A program made the position numbers and the translations under genes. Below are positions 10,778 through 23,610 of a stretch of DNA of 64,000 nucleotides, piece by piece. The notes below the pieces were generated by a model. It was not told the origin of the DNA and did not search any database. It saw only the letters and a program-made list of their open reading frames with translations. Source of the stretch: an uncultured delta proteobacterium (GTDB taxonomy: Bacteria; Desulfobacterota; WTBG01; CAIYCZ01; CAIRTM01); assembly GCA_963804955.1 (NCBI GenBank), contig CAWDSQ010000020.1:128001-192000 (forward strand). The letters are read 5' to 3'. Positions within the stretch are counted from its first letter, which is position 1. Each line of letters opens with the position of its first letter.

Positions 10778-13700
10778 TCAGTTCAGTTCGACAGATACGA
10801 TTTTAGATACGCCGCGTTCCTCCATGGTTACGCCATAGAGTGAATTGGCTGCCTGCATGGAAAGTTTGTTATGGGTGATGATGATGAATTGAGACTTTTC
10901 AGCCATTCTTTTTAAATGCGTTATAAATCGGCCGATATTTGAATCATCAAGCGGTGCGTCGATTTCGTCCATGAGACAGAATGGCGTTGGTTTGGTAAGA
11001 AAGATGGAAAACATGAGAGCAATGACCGTCAGTGCGCGCTCGCCACCGGACAGCAGATCAAGGCTCTGCAGCTTTTTACCGGGCGGCTGTGCGAACACCT
11101 CAATACCTGTTTCAAGCAGGTCATTTTCATTGGTGAGCTGCATATAGGCCTTTCCACCGTTAAAAAGCAGGGGGAAAAGCTCTTTAAAATGGTCATTGAT
11201 CGTCGTGTACGTATCGAAGAATTTTTGCCGGGTAATTTTGTTTATTTTAGTTATTACTTTCTGCAGAGAATCAATAGCCTGCAGAAGATCCTGTTCTTGA
11301 GACATCAGATGCTGATAGCGCTGTTCCAGCTCTTCATACTCGCGTGCTGCTCCAAGATTGACATCGCCGATACTGGACAGTCGTTTTTGCAGTTCTTCAA
11401 GCCGGCTTTGTGTTTCATGCTCACTGAAAGCGTCATCGTCAAGGGGCTGAGGAAGTTCCTCCATGGGCAGAGCGTATTTGTCATAAACTTCTTTTGCAAG
11501 ATATTCAAGATGCATTTCGTTGGCGGCATGGTCCCGTTCAATTTCGTGAATTCTGGGGCCAATGTCCTCCCAGCGGCGCTGCAGATCTTTCATAGTGAGC
11601 TTCGTGATTCAATCACTGAATCTTCAAGCGCTTGTGAAGACTCTCGAAGCTGATTCAAGGGCGGTTTCCATCTGCCGGTTCTGATCGATGAATTCATGAA
11701 TGCGCTCTTTTGCAGCAGCGATACTTTCAACGAGGCTATGGGATTTCAGGAGCAAGGATTCGCTCTCTGTCTGTAATTGAGAAATCTTTTCCTGTGCCTG
11801 CTGCTTTTGAAAATCAAGCCGCTGCAATTGCGCCCGGACGCTTTCAAGTTCTTTCTGTGCTGAAGCAAGGGCAATTCGTGTGTCGGTATGGCTGGTTTCG
11901 GAAGATTCAACTTCGGCAGTCAAGCTCTTTCACCAGCGTCTGGAGGCCGGTTATTGCCTGCATCTTTTGCTCTTCAGCTTCCTGCAGAGCAATTTCTTTT
12001 TCCTGCAATGCTGCAAGTTCATGCTCATGGCCTGTCAAGGGCGCTGCGGCATGACGACAATTCCTGTGAAAGTGTCTCCATTTTTCTCTGTTCCTGCGTT
12101 AGCTCATGCTCTGCATGCTCTATGTTTTTTTCAACTTCAACAAGTGAAATATCAAGACGCTGCTTTTCAGCGGCTAGAGTTTCAAACTCCTGCCGGCGCT
12201 ATCTGGAGCTTTTCGGCAAGCTCATCTTTTTCGTCCCGTAATAGAGCAAGGCTTGATTCGCGTACTTGCCAGCTCCAGCGGTGAATTCCCGTATTTCACG
12301 GTTTCTTTTAAGTATGCCGGCGCCGACGCCATCACCGCTGCCGCCGGTCAGTATGCCCTTGGCATCAATGACATCTCCCTCAGAGGTAACAATGATAACC
12401 TTACGGTTCATGGTTTGCCAGATTGCAAGTGCTGAAGACAGCGTATCGGTCAACAAAACATCTCCGAGAAGCTCGTCGACAATATCTTCAAATCCTTTCT
12501 TGATTTTTACAACCGAAAGAAGTGATGCGGCGCCAGCACGGAATATCTACCGGTGGTTTTTGTGCGGTGCGTGCAATAAACGAAACTCTTCCACCGCTGC
12601 AGCTGCGCAGATACTCTATGGCCTCTACTGCGTCCTGAGGCGTATCGATGACAATTGCCTGGAGCATTCTGTCAAGGGCGGCCTCTAACGGCGCATTCAT
12701 GCTGAGATGATGTTTCCAGCACATCGGCAAGCAGACAGATAATGCCCGGCAGTTTTTTGTCAGATGTTTCAGCTCCTGCCATGACGGTGCGGACGCCGGC
12801 ATTATAGCCCTCAAGATTTTTTTGCAGCTCCTGAAGAGACTGAAGCTTGGCATGTACGGAGCTGCACCGGTCGCGCATATCATTAACTTCAGCTTCCTTG
12901 CGGTGCAAGTGCCTCTGCAATACTGGCGGTTTTTTCGCGGTTGGTGATTATTTTTTCATCCTGCTGTGTGCGAAGAGCACCCAGCTCATTTCCCTGTCGC
13001 TCAAGTACGGACTTTTTTTCCTCTACGGCCAGACGAGCGTGCGCAGCGCAGTCTCATTATCAAGTTCAAATTTTTGTATGCGCAGGGTGAGCTCTTCATG
13101 AAGGCGGTTGTGTCATCGCAATGCTGTTTTTGATTTCAGCACGGGTCTGCTTCAATGTCAAAGTACTGTCTGTTCTCATGTTCGATTGAGTTCTGAACGT
13201 CACGCTGTCGGTGTTTTGCTACGGACAGGGATTCCGAAGAGGATTCAAAGCTGCTTTCAAGAGCCTTGATTCGTTCATGCAGCTCGGCTTCAGCGTGGCT
13301 GCTTGCGCTGCGTTCAGTATCCGTAGAGGCAAATTCATTTTCGAGAGACTCGATTGTTGCATGTATTTTTTGAATCTGTTCCTGGATGGTCTGCAGCTCT
13401 TTTTCATTGAGCGCCAGAGCATTTTCTTCGCGCTGGGTTTTTTCTTTAGCGTTATAATAATCTTCCTGGACCTGCTTGATTTTGTTGTTTAATTCTGTAA
13501 GATTGAGCTTGTTTTCCTGAAGTACAGCCTCAGAGGAATCGCGCTGCGTTGACAGCTGTGTTTCTTCATCCTGCAGCATAACAAGGCTGCTCTGAAGCTC
13601 CGCCTGTGCCTGTTTGAGCGCAGCGCAGCCGGCGAGCGGCAAGCTGAAGTTCGATCTGGCGTATTTCCTCCCGGATATTGCGATGCCGCTTGAGCCTTTT

Positions 13701-14366
13701 TACCTGCAGATCAAGGCCGCGCATCTGGATTTGAATTTCATTTAGTATATCTTTTATGCGCGCGAGATTGTTTTTTGTCGACTCCATCTTGGAGAGGGCT
13801 TCTTTTTTGCGTGTCCGGTACTTGGAAATGCCGGCGGCTTCCTCAATGAGAATGCGTCTTTCATCAGGCTTCAGGCTCAGAATAAAATCGACTTTCCCCT
13901 GCTCCATGATGGAATATGATTTTGTGCCGACACCGGAATCAAGAAAAACCTCAACGATGTCTTTAAGACGGCAGGGCACCTTATTGATAAAATATTCACT
14001 TTCCCCGGAGCGATGCAGTCGGCGTGTGAGCATTATTTCCGTAACTCCGCCGAGAACTGATGCTGTATGTTCATGGCCATTACCATTTCCATTGCCATTG
14101 CCATTAGCATTGGAGAGCACCATGGAAACTTCGGCCAAACCTGTTGACTTGCGGGTTTCACTTCCGTTGAAAATTAAATCTTCCATCTTGGAGCCACGCA
14201 AATGTCGCGCATTATGTTCGCCCATGATCCAGCGAATAGCATCCATGATATTGCTTTTGCCGCAGCCGTTTGGCCCTACAAGCGCAGTGATTCCAGGTTT
14301 GAAATTCAGTTTGACGCGCTCGACAAACGACTTAAATCCTGCAATTTCAAGCTCTTTTACCTGCAT
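10778..14366 (-). CDS. smc: Chromosome segregation protein SMC (many frameshifts in coiled coil and hinge)
   Basis: N-terminal GFKSF and GPNGCGKSN (Walker A); hinge fragments (GRVSFI, GILTGG); C-terminal LSGGE and LMDEIDAPLD; ~3.6 kb span. Confidence 0.95.
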
Positions 14367-14447
14367 GCAAAACCTCAGGTTATGTTGGTAATTATTTGAT
14401 TTATCTTATAAATTATGAAAATATTGGCTGATTTTATATTTTTATTA

Positions 14448-14476
14448 ACTTTAGCAGATAAAAAAAACCATGTAAA
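14448..14476 (-). promoter_or_regulatory. Putative sigma70 promoter of smc-ftsY
   Basis: Minus strand TTTACA-N17-TAAAGT with an extended TG. Confidence 0.5.
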
Positions 14477-14493
14477 GTAAAAAATGCGAGAAA

Positions 14494-14541
14494 GCACAAG
14501 ATATAGTTATTGCATTAATTCATCAGCACAATTAATTGTAT
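14494..14541. promoter_or_regulatory. Tandem NrdR-box-like operators
   Basis: gcaCAAGATATAGtta (14494-14509) and gcaCAATTAATTGtat (14526-14541), 32 bp apart; resemble the NrdR consensus acaCwAtATaTwGtgt. Confidence 0.55.
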
Positions 14542-14622
14542 TTCAAGGGTTTAGGCAATGAAGGATTTTGCATGCGCGGCTGTTATGTGCTATGGTTCTG
14601 GCAACTTTGATGAGGAGCTGTT

Positions 14623-16009
14623 ATGATTAATCAGATTTATAAGCTGCTGCAGGAAAATCTTGATCCGCATAAGGTTATCATGGATGCAGATATTCTTGAG
14701 AGTTACAGCCGGGATGAAACCCCTGATATGGCTGCTGCTCCGGATATTCTTGTTCGGGCTGAAAATGTTCATGATGTCAGCATAACGCTCAAAATTTGCA
14801 GTGAGCATAAAATTCCTGTAACTCCGCGCGGCGCAGGCACCGGGGTGACCGGAGGCGCGCTGCCTGTTATGAAGGGAGTTGTTCTCAGCCTTGAAAAATT
14901 CAATCGCATACTTGAGATTGACCGGGATAATATGGTTGCGGTTGTTGAGCCCGGAGCTATTACCGGAGACATACAAAAGGCGGCACTTGAACAGGGTTTG
15001 ATGTATCCGCCGGATCCTGCCAGTCTTGAGACCTGCTCAATCGGCGGCAATGTGGCTGAAGGGGCCGGGGGACCACGGGCCGTAAAATACGGCACTACAA
15101 AAGATTATATGCTCGGCCTCGAGTTTGTTTTGCCTGACGGCAGCTTTAATGCAGACCGGCGGCAAGATAGTAAAAAATGCTACGGGTTACAATTTAGCCG
15201 GGATTCTGATTGGATCTGAAGGAACGCTTGCAGTTATTACAAAAATTTATCTCAAGCTTATTCCTGCTCCAAAGGTTACACTGGATGTCCTGCTGCCGTT
15301 TGACAGCCTTGAACAGGCCATTGATGCCGTGTATGCCATTTTGATGCAACCGTGTTATTCCGGCAACGCTTGAGTTTATGGAGCAGGATGCTATCAGACT
15401 GGTGTCAAAACATATTCAAACAACAATTCCCTGCGTTGACGCCGGTGCTCATCTGCTGATTCAGATTGACGGGAATACTGAAGATCAGGTCCTGTCCGAT
15501 CTTCAGACCATTGTTGAGGCTGTGCAGGATTGATGCAGATAAGATGTTTATCGCACAATCGCAATCGCAAAAAGAGCGTCTTTGGAAAGCCCGGCGTTCA
15601 ATTCGTGAGTCTATTCAGGCAGAAAGCAGTGTTTTTGCTGCGGAGGATTGCGTTGTGCCGCGCGCCAGAATCCCGCAGTTTGTCAAAGATCTTAAAGCGT
15701 ATTTTCAAAATAAAGCTTTGCGCTCAGTGATGTTCGGCCATGCCGGCGACGGCAATGTTCATATCGATGTTTTAAAAGATGCTATTGCCTATGATGAATG
15801 GAAAAAAATGCTGCCGGATATTAAGCGTGCAATATATCGCCGCGCTCTTGATTTTGGCGGTACTATAACCGGAGAACATGGTATCGGATGCCTGCGCAAG
15901 GATTATTTGAGTCTTGCACTATCATCTGATGAGATCGATCTGAGCAGACGCATCAAAGCTGCTTTTGATCCCGGACATGATACTTAATCCCGGTAAGATT
16001 TTTCCCTAG
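14623..16009 (+). CDS. glcD: FAD-linked oxidase, GlcD/D-lactate dehydrogenase-like (frameshifted)
   Basis: PRGAGTGVTGG, YPPDPAS, IGGNVAEGAGG, GSEGTLAVIT, GHAGDGNVH, GEHGIG and terminal LNPGKIF motifs. Confidence 0.85.
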
Positions 16010-16091
16010 TTTTTACATTTCTATGTTTACAATACGCATCCTCTTGTGCAAAATTTATAGGTAAGACGTCACACAACCATGGGGGACCACT

Positions 16092-16928
16092 ATGATAAAA
16101 AGAATTCTTATACCTACGGACGGATCATCCAACAGCGCGACGGCCCTTGAATACGGTGTTGCCCTGGCAGCTTATTTTGATGCCGAAATTACAGGCCTTA
16201 ATGTTATTGATATTCGATCCCTTGAGGGACCTTTGCTCAGCGATATCTCAGGCTCCCTGGGTTTTAGCCCGATTCAGAATTATCTGCCGCGTTTTCAGCA
16301 GATACTTGATGATCGCGCCGATACCATACTTGATATGTTTAGAAATCGATGTGCTGAAAAAGGCCTGATCAGCAAAAACAAAAAAAATGACGGGCATTAT
16401 CGCCAATATTATAGCCGATGAGGCACGCAAAGCAGAACTGGTTGTTATTTCACAGCATGGAGAGCATGAACAGTGGTCATCCGGGCTTTTGGGTTCAACG
16501 ACCGAATCCGTCGTTCGAAAGTCACCCGTACCTGTGCTTGTGACGCCCGGCACGTACCGCCAGTTTCAGAATATCCTTATCGCCTATGATGGCAGCATTG
16601 AATCTTCAAACGCGCTTAAATGCGCCTGTGCTTTTTTTGGCGCTACCTGCCAGAATATAAAAATTATTTATGTTGCTCAGGATGAAGAAAAGGGCAGGGC
16701 GCTTGCTGCTGAAATCGCAGAAATTACAGCCCCGTATTCCTTAACCTATGAGGGCGTATGGCTTCAGGGTGATGCACCCAAAGAGATTTTGTCCTTTGCC
16801 GACCGCATGCTATCGACCTTATCATCATGGGAGCTTTTTCGCACGGAAGGCTTCATGACCTGATTCTCGGCAGCACAGCTGCGTATATAATCAGAAAATC
16901 AACAATTCCGATACTGCTCCATCGCTAG
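16092..16928 (+). CDS. Universal stress protein, tandem USP domains (frameshifted)
   Basis: RILIPTDGS, LLGSTTESVVRKSPVPVLV, NILIAYDGS and a shifted-frame MGAF..LILGST..IIRKSTIPILL. Confidence 0.85.
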
Positions 16929-16954
16929 ATTAGAAGGGTTAGCGCATACATTCA

Positions 16955-17734
16955 ATGTCACCGCTTGATGCTGTTATTATTGCCATAGTGGAGGGTATTA
17001 CTGAATTTCTTCCCATTTCATCTACCGGTCATATGATCATTGCCGAGAGAATTCTTGGCCTGAAAAATACGGATTTCACCAAGACCTTCATCGTCAATAT
17101 TCAGTTCGGAGCTATTTTATCAGTCGTTGCGCTTTACTGGAGAAAGTTCTTTCAATCCCTGGATTTTTATATAAAGCTGTTTATTGCTTTTATCCCGGCT
17201 GCTGTGATCGGTTTTCTGCTGCATGACTACATTGACGCCCTTCTTGAAAGTGTTGTGGTCGTAGCGGTGACTATGCTCGCGGGCGGAATAATTCTGCTTT
17301 TTGTTGACCGGTGGTTTCGCACCCCCTCACAAGACCAAAGCATAACAAGCAAAAAGGCCCTGATTATTGGTTTCTTTCAGTGCATTGCCATGATTCCGGG
17401 CGTCTCCCGGTCGGCAGCAACTATCATCGGCGGCATGTCGCAGAAACTCGACCGGACCACCGCTGCCGAGTTTTCTTTTTTCCTTGCTGTGCCCACCATG
17501 TTTGCCGCTTCAGCGTACAAGCTTTTAAAAAGCTATCAAACTATCACGAGCGAGACTATCGGGATATTGCTGCTTGGCAATGCTGTGGCTTTTGTCGTGG
17601 CTATGCTTGCCATTAAAAGCTTTATTGCCTATCTGACGAAACACGGATTCAAGGTGTTTGGCTGGTACCGAATCGCTGTAGGTTTGCTGATTCTCCTTCT
17701 CCATGCTTGCGGCTACAACCTGTCGATCAGGTAA
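16955..17734 (+). CDS. uppP: Undecaprenyl-diphosphate phosphatase
   Basis: [23 protein letters not shown] and [11 protein letters not shown] motifs. Confidence 0.95.
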   Translation: MSPLDAVIIAIVEGITEFLPISSTGHMIIAERILGLKNTDFTKTFIVNIQFGAILSVVALYWRKFFQSLDFYIKLFIAFIPAAVIGFLLHDYIDALLESVVVVAVTMLAGGIILLFVDRWFRTPSQDQSITSKKALIIGFFQCIAMIPGVSRSAATIIGGMSQKLDRTTAAEFSFFLAVPTMFAASAYKLLKSYQTITSETIGILLLGNAVAFVVAMLAIKSFIAYLTKHGFKVFGWYRIAVGLLILLLHACGYNLSIR

Positions 17735-17744
17735 AGCCGCGCCA

Positions 17745-18398
17745 CTATATACCCATCGCTTTTTTGACCAGCGCTCTGCTGCTATCGAGCATCCTGCTGA
17801 AATCATCTTCGCTGAGGCCCGCACCCTGAGCAGTCATTTTCGCTCGTTCAAGAGAAATAAGATCATCAGGGGCATGCGTATCCGTATTTAATATGAGCTG
17901 CGCACCATATTTGAGGGCGGTCTTTGCCACATGTCCGTTTGAAAGGCAGTGCCCCTTCCTGGCTGAAATTTCCAGGCAAATGCCATTGCGGGCTGCAAGC
18001 TCGGCGTCTTCGTCGCTGATAAGACCCGGATGCGCCAGTATGTCGATATCGGATTCCAGAGCTTTTCTATTGGTGCCGGGCATGACCGGCTCAACGATGG
18101 TTTCACCATGCACGACAATGATACGCGCCCCCAGTGAGCGTGCTTTCCGGGCAAGTTCGGCGATATCATCGGGATGCACATGCGTTAACTCGATACCGGG
18201 CACTGCGATAAGCCCCTTTTTTTCATTAATTTTTGCGCATGCCTCTCTGATCCGCGGGATGATGAAATCAAGGTTCGAGATGTCGGCGTGATCGGTGAGG
18301 GCAATTGCCGTATAGCCGATAACTTCAGCCCGTCGAACAAGCTCTGAAGGAACAAGCTCACCATCACTAAACAGGGTATGCGTATGAAGGTCTATCAT
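17745..18398 (-). CDS. PHP-domain protein (histidinol-phosphatase-like family)
   Basis: DLHTHTLFSDG, TDH, GIELTH, VHGET, LAHPG and NTDTH motifs. Confidence 0.85.
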   Translation of the reverse strand: MIDLHTHTLFSDGELVPSELVRRAEVIGYTAIALTDHADISNLDFIIPRIREACAKINEKKGLIAVPGIELTHVHPDDIAELARKARSLGARIIVVHGETIVEPVMPGTNRKALESDIDILAHPGLISDEDAELAARNGICLEISARKGHCLSNGHVAKTALKYGAQLILNTDTHAPDDLISLERAKMTAQGAGLSEDDFSRMLDSSRALVKKAMGI

Positions 18399-18410
18399 GT
18401 CTGTCCCTCT

Positions 18411-19729
18411 TTAAATAAGTTTTCCAGTCAATGAATGTATATTAGCTTTTTCAATCAGCACCATGCCTTTTTTGCCAATCATCATTTCAGGCCCCATGCA
18501 GTTGACGACTTTACAGGATCTTGTACGACCGGCAATGCAACCGTTTCCTTTTTTGCTCTGCTCCTCAAAAAGCACCTCGACAACTGTACCCACATAGGCA
18601 CTGTTTTTTTTCAGGCTGATGGTTCGTTGCCTTTCATTGAGTCTTTTAAGGCGATCTATTTTGACAGGGTAGGGGATAGTATCGGGCATTTCCGCTGCCT
18701 TAGTTCCTTTGCGGTCAGTATAATGAAAAATAAAAAGATCATCAAACTTAATTTCATCAATTAGTGAAGCGGTTTCTTCGAATTCAGCATCTGTTTCGCC
18801 GGGATAGCCGACAATAATATCGGATGTAATGCTTATTTGGGGCGCCACTGTGCGAAGAAGTATAATTTTTTCAAGGTAGGTTTGCCGGGTGTACTGCCTG
18901 TTCATATGCTGCAGTATCCGGTCAGATCCGGACTGCATGGGCAGGTGAATATGTTCGCACAGTTTTTGGATATATCCGAAGGATTCTATCAGCTCAGGTG
19001 ATAAGTCTTTGGGATGAGATGTTGTAAATCGAATGCGTTCAAGGCCTTTGATTGTATCGAGCTGCTGTAATAATTCTGTAAATGTTGTCTTTGGGATTAG
19101 ATTTTTCCCGTAGGAGTTGACGTTCTGGCCAAGCAGGGTGACTTCGCGAACGCCTCCATTTACAAGACTCTGAACTTCGCTCAATAATTTCATCAGCTGG
19201 TCTGCTCCACTCTCTGCCCACGGACATGGGGAACGATGCAGTAGGAGCAAAAGTTGTCGCAACCCTGCATGATCGTAACATAAGCGCTTATTTGACCGGG
19301 TTGCGGCATATAGCGATGATCTGCATAAAACTGGCGTGTGGTCTCCATGGCAATGTCTGCAACTCTGGTGGCCTTTCGCGCATTGTTTATAAGCTGCAGC
19401 AAACGGGGAAGAGCCTTCGTGCCGAATACAAAATCAACATACGGGAATTTTTTAAGAAGTTTTTCACCTTCCTGTTGCGCCAGACAACCGCCAACACCAA
19501 TCAAAATATCAGGATTTGTTTTTTTGTATTTTTTTATTCTCCCCAGCTCGCTGTATATTTTATCTTCAGCTTTTTGCCGCACCGTACAGGTGTTCAGTAT
19601 GATTATTGAAGCATCTTCATAGGTTGAGGCAGCAGCATAGCCGTCTTCTTCGAGCAGTTTGCATATACGCAATGATTCATACTCGTTCATCTGACAGCCG
19701 AATGTTTTGATATAAAAACGTTTTTTCAT
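18411..19729 (-). CDS. miaB: tRNA-2-methylthio-N6-dimethylallyladenosine synthase MiaB (one frameshift near 19200)
   Basis: TFGCQMNEYES, NTCTVR, radical SAM GCDNFCSYC, LLGQNVNSY, RFTTSHP, HLPMQSGS and a C-terminal TRAM domain. Confidence 0.93.
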
Positions 19730-20265
19730 TATTCCTGATCCTGGCATTATTTCAAAATCAATTCAGTGTTGCAGCTCCGCCAGGGCTTTTTTATATGAAA
19801 AACACCAGCACAGTGGCGGTTATATATAGAGAATTATTGTTTTTGACAAGCTTAAAGCATAGGCATGCTGAATGCAAGCATCATACTGCAACGCAGTGCA
19901 GCGTTCGGAGGGTGCACATCACTGTCTGTCTGTATGCCTGCTTTTGATGGAGGTTTGTTTTGTTGACTTAATCAGCGGCCCACATTGTTTTTAACTTTTG
20001 TGATAATTTAATGTTATGAAATTGTTTTATTTCTTTTTAAAATAGTATATAAATAGTATGACCGTAACAAATTGTAGATCCGTAAATACGGATTTATTCT
20101 ACTATGTGTGTGTTTCTTGTTACTAATGAGGTGGGAATGAAATTTTTTTGCTTTAAATATTAAACATAATAATTGTATAAAAACATACAATGATAAAATG
20201 CAAAATCCTGCGTCCAGATAATAAAAATAAATTGCCAACCAATAATCATCTAAAGGAGTAGCCCT

Positions 20266-20646
20266 ATGCCCGCAAATACGAATATGAAAATACTGGTCGT
20301 CGATGATTTTCAGACTATGCGACGCATCATACGAAATTATTTAAGGCAGCTGGGATTCAATAATGTGGAAGAAGCTGAGGATGGGGATGTTGCTCTGGAA
20401 AAGCTCAAGGAATCCGAATTTGATTTTGTTATTACTGACTGGAACATGCCTAAAATGACAGGCATTGATCTTTTAAAAAAAATCCGCGCAGCGAATAATT
20501 TTAAAAATATTCCTGTACTGATCATCACAGCAGAGGCTGAAAAGGAAAATGTCGTGCAGGCAGCACAGGCCGGTGTTAACGATTATATCGTCAAGCCTTT
20601 TACACCGGAAGTGCTTCAGACGAAAATCGAAAAGATTTTTCCCTGA
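20266..20646 (+). CDS. cheY: Chemotaxis response regulator CheY
   Basis: [23 protein letters not shown] and YIVKPF motifs; RBS AAGGAG. Confidence 0.93.
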   Translation: MPANTNMKILVVDDFQTMRRIIRNYLRQLGFNNVEEAEDGDVALEKLKESEFDFVITDWNMPKMTGIDLLKKIRAANNFKNIPVLIITAEAEKENVVQAAQAGVNDYIVKPFTPEVLQTKIEKIFP

Positions 20647-20691
20647 GGCCTTTCATAAACAACGACTATTGATGATTGTGCTCCGGATATA

Positions 20692-23496
20692 ATGGCTATG
20701 ATGTCTGAAAAAATCACCAGGGAGCTTGACGCTGTAGCGGAAGAACTCATTACAGCAGATCTCAACAATCTACAGGATCTCGGCAAGCTGATTACCTGCT
20801 TCCAGACTCTCCTGCAGATTGTCGCTGATTGTGGCTGTGATGTGGCTGTAAAGCCTGTGTCTGCTGCCATAGTTCTTATAAAAGACGCTATTCTTAATGA
20901 GGGAACCGACCGAAATAAACTTTTGAATATTCTCAATGCTACGGTTTCATGTCTTCAGCAGCTCACCCGCTCCGGCAGTATTGCTGACCATGTGCAGTTT
21001 CCTGAAGAATTATTTTTTCAAAGCGAATAACTATGCACGGCAGGGAAGGGTGCGCTGCAGGCCATCCTCCTGTGGAACAGTCACAGCAGGCCTGCGAAAA
21101 AAGAGGCCTGACCACTGTTGATGCACAATCACCTGACAGCACATTGCAGAATTTCATATTGCCTCTTACCATTGATGAAAGCATGTTTGTTGATTTTTTA
21201 AATGAGCAGGGCTCCATCCTCGATAAGGCCGAGGGAAACATTCTTTCACTGGAAAAATCCTTCAATAAGGACGTGCTTGATGATGTTCGCCGCATTTTTC
21301 ACACGATGAAGAGTGAATCAGCCGTATTTGAGATAGCGAACATTGCTCATTTGTGCCATGGGGTTGAAGATTTGTTTGATTCTCAGCCCACAGAGGTCTC
21401 AATTGATAAACTTTTTCTGGTCATTGACTGGCTCAAATATGCCTTTGATTGTTTAAAAACAGCGCGCATGCTTCCTGATGTTCCCGAACCACTGCGGGTT
21501 TACATGACCGCGTATGATACCTGCACCGGCAGACCAATGTCAAAACTTCGCACCAGGGACAGGAATATGTGATTAACCCTGAGCTTGTTGATGATATGCC
21601 GTCTTCGACTTCGCGCACGGACACTTTCCGATTCGTCTGGTGCGGATACACCGTATAAACTCGCCTGTTGATACTGCAACAGAGCGAACGGCCCTGCAGC
21701 TTGTCCATATGGATGTCGATCTTCTTTCTGATTTTGCAGCGGAGGTTCAGGAGCATTTAGATACAATTGATCACAGGCTTCTCGTACTTGAAAATGACCC
21801 GGCAGACCAGGAGAATTTGAATGCGGTTTTTAGAGTATTTCATACCATAAAAGGCGCCGCAGGTTTTCTGGCCCTTGATGATATATCAAGGCTGGCACAC
21901 ATGACCGAAAATATTCTTGACCGGGCTCGCAAAGGCGAGTTTCAGTTGTCTGGCGGCAGGATTGATATTATTTTCGAATCCGTTGATGAAATGAAGAGGC
22001 TGATACAGACAATCCACAATGCCATAACATCGGGCTCATCATCATATCCTTCGTCGCCGACACTGGAACCTTTGATCCATCGCATACAGTCTGTTGCTGC
22101 GGGCAGCCAGCTGATACAGTCAACCGATGTCAGTCATGGCCCACAGCAGCAGACGGCTCAAGCACGTCCAGACAGGGAGCAGCAAGCGGCACATACACAT
22201 ATTCAAAAAGGCCGTCACGACTCTTTTTTTAACCTGAATGCCGAAGCTGCGGATCAGCAGGAAAATCCGGATGAAGTCATGCTGAATACTGGCATGCACG
22301 CATCTCTTAAAATACGCGAATCCATTAAAGTCGATTCTGAAAGGCTTGACAAGCTGATTGATGCTATCGGTGAGATGGTGATTATTGAGTCCATGATCAG
22401 GCAGGATCCAAGCCTTACTTCTTTGGCTTCTTCGATGCTGCTTCAAAATATTTCACAGATGGATAAAATTACCCGTGAACTGCAGCAGCTTGCCATGTCA
22501 TTGCGCATGATACCGGTAAAGGCCACATTTCAAAAAATGGCCCGTGTCGTGCGTGATCTCGCGAAAAAAAGCGATAAAAAGATTGAATTCATCTCATCCG
22601 GTGAGGATGCGATGCTTGATAAAAGCGTTGTTGACCGTATCGGCGATCCGCTGATACATCTTGTCCGCAATTCTGTCGATCATGGCATTGAATCATCTTC
22701 TTCCATGCGCGCTGCAGCCAGTAAAAGTGAGATCGGTAAAATTGAACTGAATGCATATCATAAGGGCGGCAATATCTATATTGAAGTCAAAGATGACGGG
22801 AATGGCCTCGACAAGCACTCCATTTTTCAAAAAGCAAAAGAGCGGGGGCTCACTCGTGATGGTCAGTCTCTGAGCGACCGTGAAATTTTTAACTTTATAT
22901 TGCTGCCAGGATTCTCAACCGCACGCAAACTCACTGAAGTTTCCGGCCGCGGTGTCGGGATGGATGTTGTTAAGCGGGCAATGGATGACCTGCGAGGAAA
23001 TATTGATATCGTGTCGGAGCCAGGTGTCGGCACTACCTTCACTCTGCGACTTCCGCTCACGCTGGCCATAATAGACGGGATGCTCGTGCGTATCGGCTCT
23101 GAGCGGTATATTATACCAACACTTTCTATTGTTGAAGCCGTACGCCCCGAACATGACAGCATTACCTCTCTTGTTAATCGTGGAGAAATGATAACAATTC
23201 GAGACAACATTATTCCTTTATTTCGCCTGGGCACTCTTTTCAACATAGCTGATGCCCGACAGGACCCTGCTGAAGGAATCGTGATTGTGGTTGAAGACAG
23301 CGGCAAAATGGCCGGTATTCTTGTGGATGAACTGCTTGGTCAGCAATCAATCGTCATTAAAAGCATGGGGGCGACAATGAAGGGCTTACCGGGTGTTTCC
23401 GGGGGCTCCATACTTTCAGACGGCCGTGTCGGCATAATTATTGATGTCGCGGGCATTGTTAAACTTGCTATGTCCGGCAGTCACACTATCAGATAG
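20692..23496 (+). CDS. cheA: Chemotaxis histidine kinase CheA with extra N-terminal Hpt(-like) domains (frameshifted; ~930 aa if joined)
   Basis: Helical N-terminal domain (20692-21030), Hpt IFHTMKSES (21033-21572), Hpt VFHTIKGAAG, dimerisation domain, HATPase (RNSVDHG, DDGNG, PGFST, SGRGVGMDVV) and CheW domain. Confidence 0.88.
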
Positions 23497-23610
23497 CCGG
23501 CAGGTTGTACGTTTGCATGTCAGAACTATGGTCGTCCAGACGGAACAGGGATCCACAGCTTTTCATAACCGGGCAAAAATTTTTTTCATGTTCGTGATAC
23601 AAACATAAAA

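Noticed and set aside
10778..14366. smc (and miaB, lptD, add) as true pseudogenes or programmed frameshifting
   Set aside because: Conserved or essential genes with intact motifs, and scattered single-base indels without a shared slippery motif; sequencing error is more parsimonious.
20014..20238. 74-aa minus-strand ORF in the che leader
   Set aside because: AT-rich low-complexity translation overlapping apparent regulatory palindromes; no recognisable features.
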